Assembly (NCBI GenBank): GCA_047495785.1
Contig: JBLDXI010000045.1
Span: 248,001-312,000 of the forward strand
DNA from: Lepidodermella squamata
Taxonomy: Eukaryota; Animalia; Gastrotricha
DNA length: 64,000 nucleotides
Direction: 5' to 3'
Of the stretch, positions 57,864 to 64,000 are shown one piece after another. The notes beneath the pieces are model-generated. The model made no database searches, was not told the DNA's origin, and was given only the letters and a program-made list of their open reading frames with translations. A program made the translations under genes and the position numbers. How positions within the stretch are numbered: the stretch's first letter is position 1; the number at the start of each line of letters is the position of its first letter.

Positions 57864-59596
57864 TCAATGAGAATGTCCGTGGTCACCGTCATGCGAATGG
57901 CCGTGACTGCCGTGGTCGTGCGAGTGACCGTGTCCGCCATGAGAATGACCGTGGCCATCATCGTGGCTGTGCCCGTGCCCACCGAGAGGATCTACTGCGG
58001 GCGCTGATTGTGGAAACATGACAAATGACGACTGCTGCTGTTTAGGCGGCAGGGCTGCCGTGGCTTGCAGGTTTGAGCTCGAACCTCCCGCGCCTGTCAT
58101 CGCCTGGAAGTGATGCGTGCTCGAAACTGATTGGAACCAGTCGTCTTTGAATAGCTGGATAGTTAAATATTGCACAACCGGGCTGAGACGGCGGGTAACG
58201 TGCGCTAAAACAAGCTGCTCATTCGCATCGCGGCGAATCCTGACATGCAACAATCCACCCTAAAATAATTAAACCAATTAGCTAACTCGATTTTTTCGAA
58301 GAAATTACACGTACCAAAGTTCCGAAGGAAACAATCCAGAAATGTTGCTGACGAATTTCCAAGACGCCGTCTAGAGTCGAGGCCTCGTGCAGGCATTTAT
58401 CGAGCTGCGAGATCATATGAGTCGGCGTAGTCTGAAGTAGAATCTTGCCAGTGTAGCTCGTCATTGGAAACATGGTACCGCCGATCATCAGGGCGATGAA
58501 GCAAGACAACAAGGTATCCGCCGATTCGTAACCACTAATGACCAAGAAAATACTGTTATATCCGAGGATTATTATTAAGACTTACTATGAATCGACCAAA
58601 AAGAAGTCCAGCCAAACAGATAGGCAACAGCTAACGCCGCATAGCGTGAATGGGTTTATGCGCGGCAAGAAAAAGTAGCTCAAGCCAGGAATGACGTGGC
58701 ACATGCTGCGTGAAATATCAGCGACGTGCTCTTGCAGCCAGCTGGAAGATGATTGCGAAATTACATGCTCGAAAGCACGATTTCGAGCACCGTATATGAC
58801 TATCAGCTGACAAACCAGGCCGGCGATTGATCCAGGTAGAAGACGGCCTCTATAAAAAGCAAAATTTGATCTACCGATAAGGCAGAACAAGTCGATAATT
58901 ACGTGTGAAGTTCCTCTGGTTCTATAAATCTTTCCAGGCCTTCTTTCACAGCAAAGAAACAACCGAGTTGCAAGAGAATAGTGAATGAGAAAACAGCTAG
59001 AACTTCGAAACGCTCATATCTATTTCAAGAAAAATATAGAATATCAATCTAGCACAACACACTATCCATACCCAAAAGAGAACAGAGGTGTAGCGTGTTT
59101 GTTTCGAATCCATAATGTTAGCAAACCGGTCGTAATGCTGAATGAAAAAGTCATTATGACACATTCCTTGAATTATTTGGTGCAACCTACTATCCAATGT
59201 AGAACATGGTCAGCAAAGTGTAAGCAAGCAGGGCTGAAAGAGAATGAATTTCATCTAATTACAATCATTCGGGAAATAGTGATTTACCCAAACTGCCAGA
59301 AGAATGGCAGCAATACAGCATGAAGAGAATGGTCATAAAACACATGACCATCAGTCCGAAAAGCCTCGGAGCCTCTCGCTCCTTCAACAGAGCCTTCAAT
59401 TCTCTCGTAAAAGAGCTCAAGTTTTGAAATTTGACATGTGGATGGTCAAGATCCATAACTGATTCAAAAACTGACAGATCTAAAACATAAGAAATACAGT
59501 CAGGTTTCAGGTTTCCACAATTGCCCAGCACTATAGATCTTGATTTCTATTACGCTCGTGGGATAAAACTGAGTTTAAGTGGCAGGTGTCTAGCAT
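57864..59596 (-). CDS. SLC30A6: Cation diffusion facilitator zinc transporter ZnT6; multi-exon
   Basis: SSSWLQEHVADISRSMCHVIPGLSYFFLPRINPF, MFPMTSYTGKILLQTTP, LDKCLHEASTLDGVLE and LHVRIRRDANEQLVLAHV..LTIQLFKDDW are ZnT6-type. His-rich C-terminal tail. The start is tentative. Confidence 0.88.
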
Positions 59597-60293
59597 GAAG
59601 TAGACTGCTAACTTAAAGATGCTAGGGTCCTTTGCAGCCTACATCTGGTCTCTGATCGCCGGTAAGAAACACATTTGAGATCATGCTCTTATTCCGCCAA
59701 AGATGTTTGTTTGGTTTCTAACCTGCCGGTTCTTTTTAGGCCAGCCAGAAGCAGCGTCTATGCTTCTTAGAAATGCTTCTATGGCTGCGAGATGGATAAA
59801 AAGGGACTCAAGCAACGTAGTTACGCGTTCAGTCGAGTAGCTTGAGAAAAGATTTTCGCGGCCGATGACCTGTCAAAATATATGCGCGCGCAAAGTCCTC
59901 ACTGATATTTTTTCTCAACATAATGATAAACCGCAACTTTTATAATCTTATTAAATGTTGGCTGTATTATTTTGTCCACGTGCCGACCCGCTCTCGTTTC
60001 GAGGTGGTGTTTTTTGCTGCTATGTTTCCTTTGGTTTTTTGTGTGGTCTACCCACTGTCTGAAGCGTGATTTTTGCCTGAGATTTTTTGCTTTTGTTGAC
60101 GAGAGTATTCATGTGCAAGTATAAACTCGACTGGGAACCGCATTCTGGGTTTAAGATCGTTGCCGTTGAAGCTTCAAGTTAAGAACGATTTGTTTGTTCG
60201 CCTCTCCTATTCTTGAGATTTCTCAATCTGCCGGTCGCGTATTTATCTTTATTTTCATGCATTTTGACTGTAGAGTTTCATCTTATCGTTGTT

Positions 60294-61722
60294 ATGGCAG
60301 CCAGCGTGTTATCCGACAGCGTCCAAGCTCGCGCTCGGGATTTCATAAGTTTTATCAATAAAGCTCCGACGCCGTTTCATGCGGTTGATCAGCTCACCAC
60401 CCGTTTGACTGCTGCTGGTTTCAAACCGCTACGAGAACATGAAAAATGGAACGTAAAGCCCAATGATAAGTATTTTATTACGAAGAACAAGTCAATGGTT
60501 GTCGCTTTTGCTGTCGGAGGCAAGTATCAGCCTGGAAATGGTTTCACGATTGTCGGAGCTCATACTGATTCTCCTTGCCCTAAAATTAAACCCTGCTTCA
60601 ATAAGGAACGTTCGGGGTATTGCACAGTTGGCGTTGAGCTTTACGGCGGAGGAATCTGGCATACCTGGTAAAATCTTTGCAACCATTATGGTATCATATG
60701 TTCAACTGTTCTTATCTAGGTTCGATCGAGACTTGACTGTCGCGGGACGCGTTATTTTGGACTTGGCTGGTAAAATCGAGCAACGCTTGGTCCACGTTCA
60801 GAAACCCTTGTTGCGAATTCCATCGTTGGCGATTCATTTAGATCGCGAAGTCAATGAAGCTTTCAAGTTCAATAAAGAATCGCACGTTCGGCCAATCATC
60901 GCCACTAAAGTTGCCGACTGCCTCTGCAAGCCTACCGAGGGCGAGGGCAAAGGTGGCAAGGAAGGTTGCCCGATTCTATTCGACATCATTTCGAAGGAAA
61001 TTAACTGCAAAACAACCGAGATTATCGATTTTGATTTGCTACTGGCTGATACTCAGCCGGCTGCTATCGGCGGAGCGTATGACGAGTTCATTTTCTCACC
61101 GCGTCTCGATAACTTACTCAGCTCCTACGCTGCTACTGAAGCTTTGATTGATGCCTCCAACTTGGCTGATGATCCCAACTGCCGCATCATCGCCTTGTTC
61201 GATAACGAAGAAGTTGGCTCGCAGTCTGCTCAGGGTGCTGAAAGTGCCTTCATTCACAACATTCTGAGCCGCCTGGCGGCCGGTAGTCTGGAACAAGCTG
61301 CTGGTAGTTCTTTTGTTGTCAGCGCTGATCAAGCTCACGGTCTTCACCCGAATTACTCTGAGAAGCACGAAGATTGCCACCAGCCAACTTTGCATGGGGG
61401 AATCGTCTTGAAAACGAATGCTAACCAACGATATGCCTCGAACGGCTGGACTGCTACTGTAATCAAGAAGGCTGCCAAATTCGGCGATGTTCCACTTCAA
61501 TCTTTCGTCGCTAGAAATGACATGCCTTGTGGTTCAACTATTGGCCCAATTACTGCTGCTGGTCTCGGAATTGCCACCGTCGACATTGGTGCTCCGCAGC
61601 TGAGCATGCATTCCGTTCGCGAAATGTGCTGCACGTCGAGTGTCGATCACGCCTACCGCCTATTGAAGTCCTATTTGGAGAAGTACCCTGAAATTTGGTC
61701 TCAAATGTCAGCCTGCAACTAA
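60294..61722 (+). CDS. DNPEP: Aspartyl aminopeptidase (M18); 2 exons, intron 60668-60719
   Basis: PTPFHAV, GAHTDSP, YGGGIWHTW|FDRDL, PRLDNL, FDNEEVGS, ADQAHGLHPNY, CGSTIGP and QLSMHSVRE. Confidence 0.95.
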
Positions 61723-61902
61723 GTGTGACAAAAACATGACTCGTTTTAAACAATGCATCGATTCTAGTTTGTGATTTATTGGCTTCAAGTCAATTCAATT
61801 CAAGTCATTCAAAGCGCTAATTTGATCACATTCGCGATAATTTAATGCCAATATATAAATATATTTATTCAATGGCTTTTAAATTTATTTGTTTACAGAT
61901 AG

Positions 61903-63515
61903 ATGCACTTTGTAAATATTTTGAAACGACCCTCCACCCTAACTGCCCTTTTTCATCGAATGGTATCTATCGCCGCCCCTGTTCAATCTGCAGTCGATGA
62001 CGAGATAAGAATCGAAGTTTCTCGTTTAAAGCCGAAGCAAGAAGTCTCTATCCTCGCTCAAACTACACGAAATGAAGTTACCCTGTCTTCGTTCGCTAAT
62101 TACGTAGCAGATGAGAATGGCATCATCGATTTGAAGCGTGACCAGGCTATTGAAGGTGGAACCTACGAAGGTCTCGAACCTATGGGCTTGTTTTGGTCTA
62201 TGGAGCTGACATCGGAAATAAAAATGCCGTTCCGAATGCTGAATGGCAACGATTTAGACAAATGGACTTTCAATCTAAACGTTTTGAATGGCCATCGAAA
62301 ATCTCTCAAGGAAGCTGTTTCTACCTCATCAATTCCATTGGCGACAACTACAATTGATAGAATGTTTCTTCCAAGCGGTGTCAAGCGGCTCAATGTGACT
62401 TACGGCAAACTGCGTGGCGCGTTGTTTCTACCTGAAGGTATGTTGTTTTAGAAATTACGTTGATTTAGTAGCGGCATGTTCTTAAGAGCCTGTAGAAGCT
62501 TTGTAATGTGTATTTACGGGTGTCAAAAGCATGCCAGAGCAAACCAGGGGAGCCGTTTATGCCCTCCGACCGCCGAATAGGTGTTTTAAGCGTCGCGTTT
62601 CGACCACATCTACTCGACACATTTGTCTCTGAAAATAATCGAATATTTCTCAAATTTTTTAAGCTGGATTTTTATTTGTAATCTACAGGAGCTAGCGGGA
62701 AATTACCGGCAATCATCGATTTTTTCGGCGGCGCACATGGTTTGGTTGCGTATCGAGGTGGTCTTTTCGCCAAGAAGGGATATGCCTGCCTCTGCGTGGC
62801 CTATGCTGCCTACGCCGATCTACCTCGTGAACTGGAGAACATGAATATCGACTACTTCAATTTGGCCCACGAATTTCTGGTGAAGCATCCGAATATTGAT
62901 AGAAACAACATCGGAGCTTTCGGCTCGTGTCTAGGCGGAACTCTCGCTATGCTACTTGCCCGCTGCCAACCTAATATTAAAGCAGTTGCAGCTGTTAGCC
63001 CTGAATCGTTTTGCGGGACTTTTGACTACGTTTTGCGAGATGAGAACGGCAATCAACGAACAGTGCCCGGTGTTCAATGGAAAAAAGAATACGTTATTCA
63101 ACGTGACGATGCTGTCGACATACGGCCCTGCATTCTACCGTCAGTCAACGACCCGAAGGAGGGCTATCGGAAGCACACTTTCGAATATGGGAAAGTCAAA
63201 GCGCCGCTTTTGTTCATGTTTGGCTCTGACGATCAATTTTTCGAGCTCGATTTAGTGTTGAAAATGATCAAAGAAATGTTTGATGAAGAGAAGAAAACAA
63301 ATGCTGAAATCATTGTCTACCCCGGTGCCGGCCACATAATTCAGCCGTGTCACATGCCGCTCTTCGCCAAATATTTCAGTCCTTTTGTGGGACTGAATGT
63401 GTGGTTCGGCGGGCAAAAAGTACCTCATGCCCGAGCACAGGAACAGATGTGGAAAAGGACGTTGGACTTCTTTGCTAAGCATTTGAAAAGCTCTAATACT
63501 GCCGCGAAATTATAA
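61903..63515 (+). CDS. Type I acyl-CoA thioesterase / bile acid-CoA:amino acid N-acyltransferase family protein; 2 exons, intron 62438-62688
   Basis: GGTYEGLEPMGLFWSM, LRGALFLP|, PAIIDFFGG, nucleophile motif GSCLGG, GSDDQ, YPGAGHII, HARAQEQMW and C-terminal AKL. Confidence 0.9.
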
Positions 63516-63644
63516 TTTATTCAATGATTGATTGTTCATTACTCAAAAATGAATATAGTATTTTATCTATTGAAACTATTTTTCGAAATTAAAATGACGA
63601 TATGATGCAATTCCAGACTTTTTATCGATAATATATTGTGGCAA

Positions 63645-64000
63645 ATGCTGGTTCGATGGCGAGCTATACCAGGCATGATTTTCCTCATTGATGTAAACCG
63701 TAATTCTCAATTTGTTGATCTTAGCTGCGAAAGTGTTCAATCGGTTGGTTCACATTGCCGCCCCAGCCATGTCAGCAGTAGATGAAAGCGTAAATTGAGT
63801 AACGAAAGTTTTTCTCCGCGACGTGGAATATTTTTTCAGATAGCGATTTCGATAACCGGGGTTCAACCGAGTCAGGAAATCACAATCCGGGCCGATGCGA
63901 CAAGACACGAAGTCACTCTATCGTCTTTTGCCAATTTCAAAGTCTCAGACAAGGAAATCGATTTGTCACGTGATCCATCTCTGGGCGGTTCATACGCTGG
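63645..64000 (+). CDS. Second tandem ACOT/BAAT-family paralogue, 5' part (truncated by the window end)
   Basis: FNRLVHIAAPAMSAVDES|IAISITGVQPSQEITIRADATRHEVTLSSFANF..IDLSRDPSLGGSYA aligns with the upstream paralogue. Introns 63673-63724 (GC-AG) and 63790-63839. Confidence 0.8.

Noticed and set aside
1-64000. tRNA, rRNA, CRISPR arrays and autonomous transposase/RT genes
   Set aside because: None recognised by eye. tRNAscan-SE and RepeatMasker would be needed to exclude them formally.

Overview
This is eukaryotic (animal) genomic DNA from a very compact genome with mostly 45-60 nt GT-AG introns and short intergenic gaps. It is not prokaryotic. Recognisable genes in order: WDR81 (partial, -), SLC25A51 (-), a non-coding host gene carrying four intronic box C/D snoRNAs (+), TJAP1/BEGAIN-like (+), MGME1 (+), CLASRP (+), a single-finger GATA factor (+), a STELLO-like glycosyltransferase (-) with a decayed duplicate and a hAT MITE beside it, an ENPP4/5/6-like phosphodiesterase (+), two tandem DUF4062-NACHT (TEP1/NWD1-like) genes (-) flanking a small orphan membrane-protein gene, beta-spectrin (+), an orphan single-pass membrane protein (-), SLC30A6/ZnT6 (-), DNPEP (+) and two tandem ACOT/BAAT-family genes (+). 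Four observations stand out. (1) The NLR-like STAND NTPases end in a 12-ligand PHF5A/Rds3-pattern zinc module instead of WD40/TPR repeats. (2) The snoRNA host gene has three U52/snR78-like paralogues. (3) A structured intronic RNA has an Sm-like site and a splice donor. (4) The gene spacing is operon-like. Gene identities come from recalled motifs, not database searches, and exon boundaries were read by eye.
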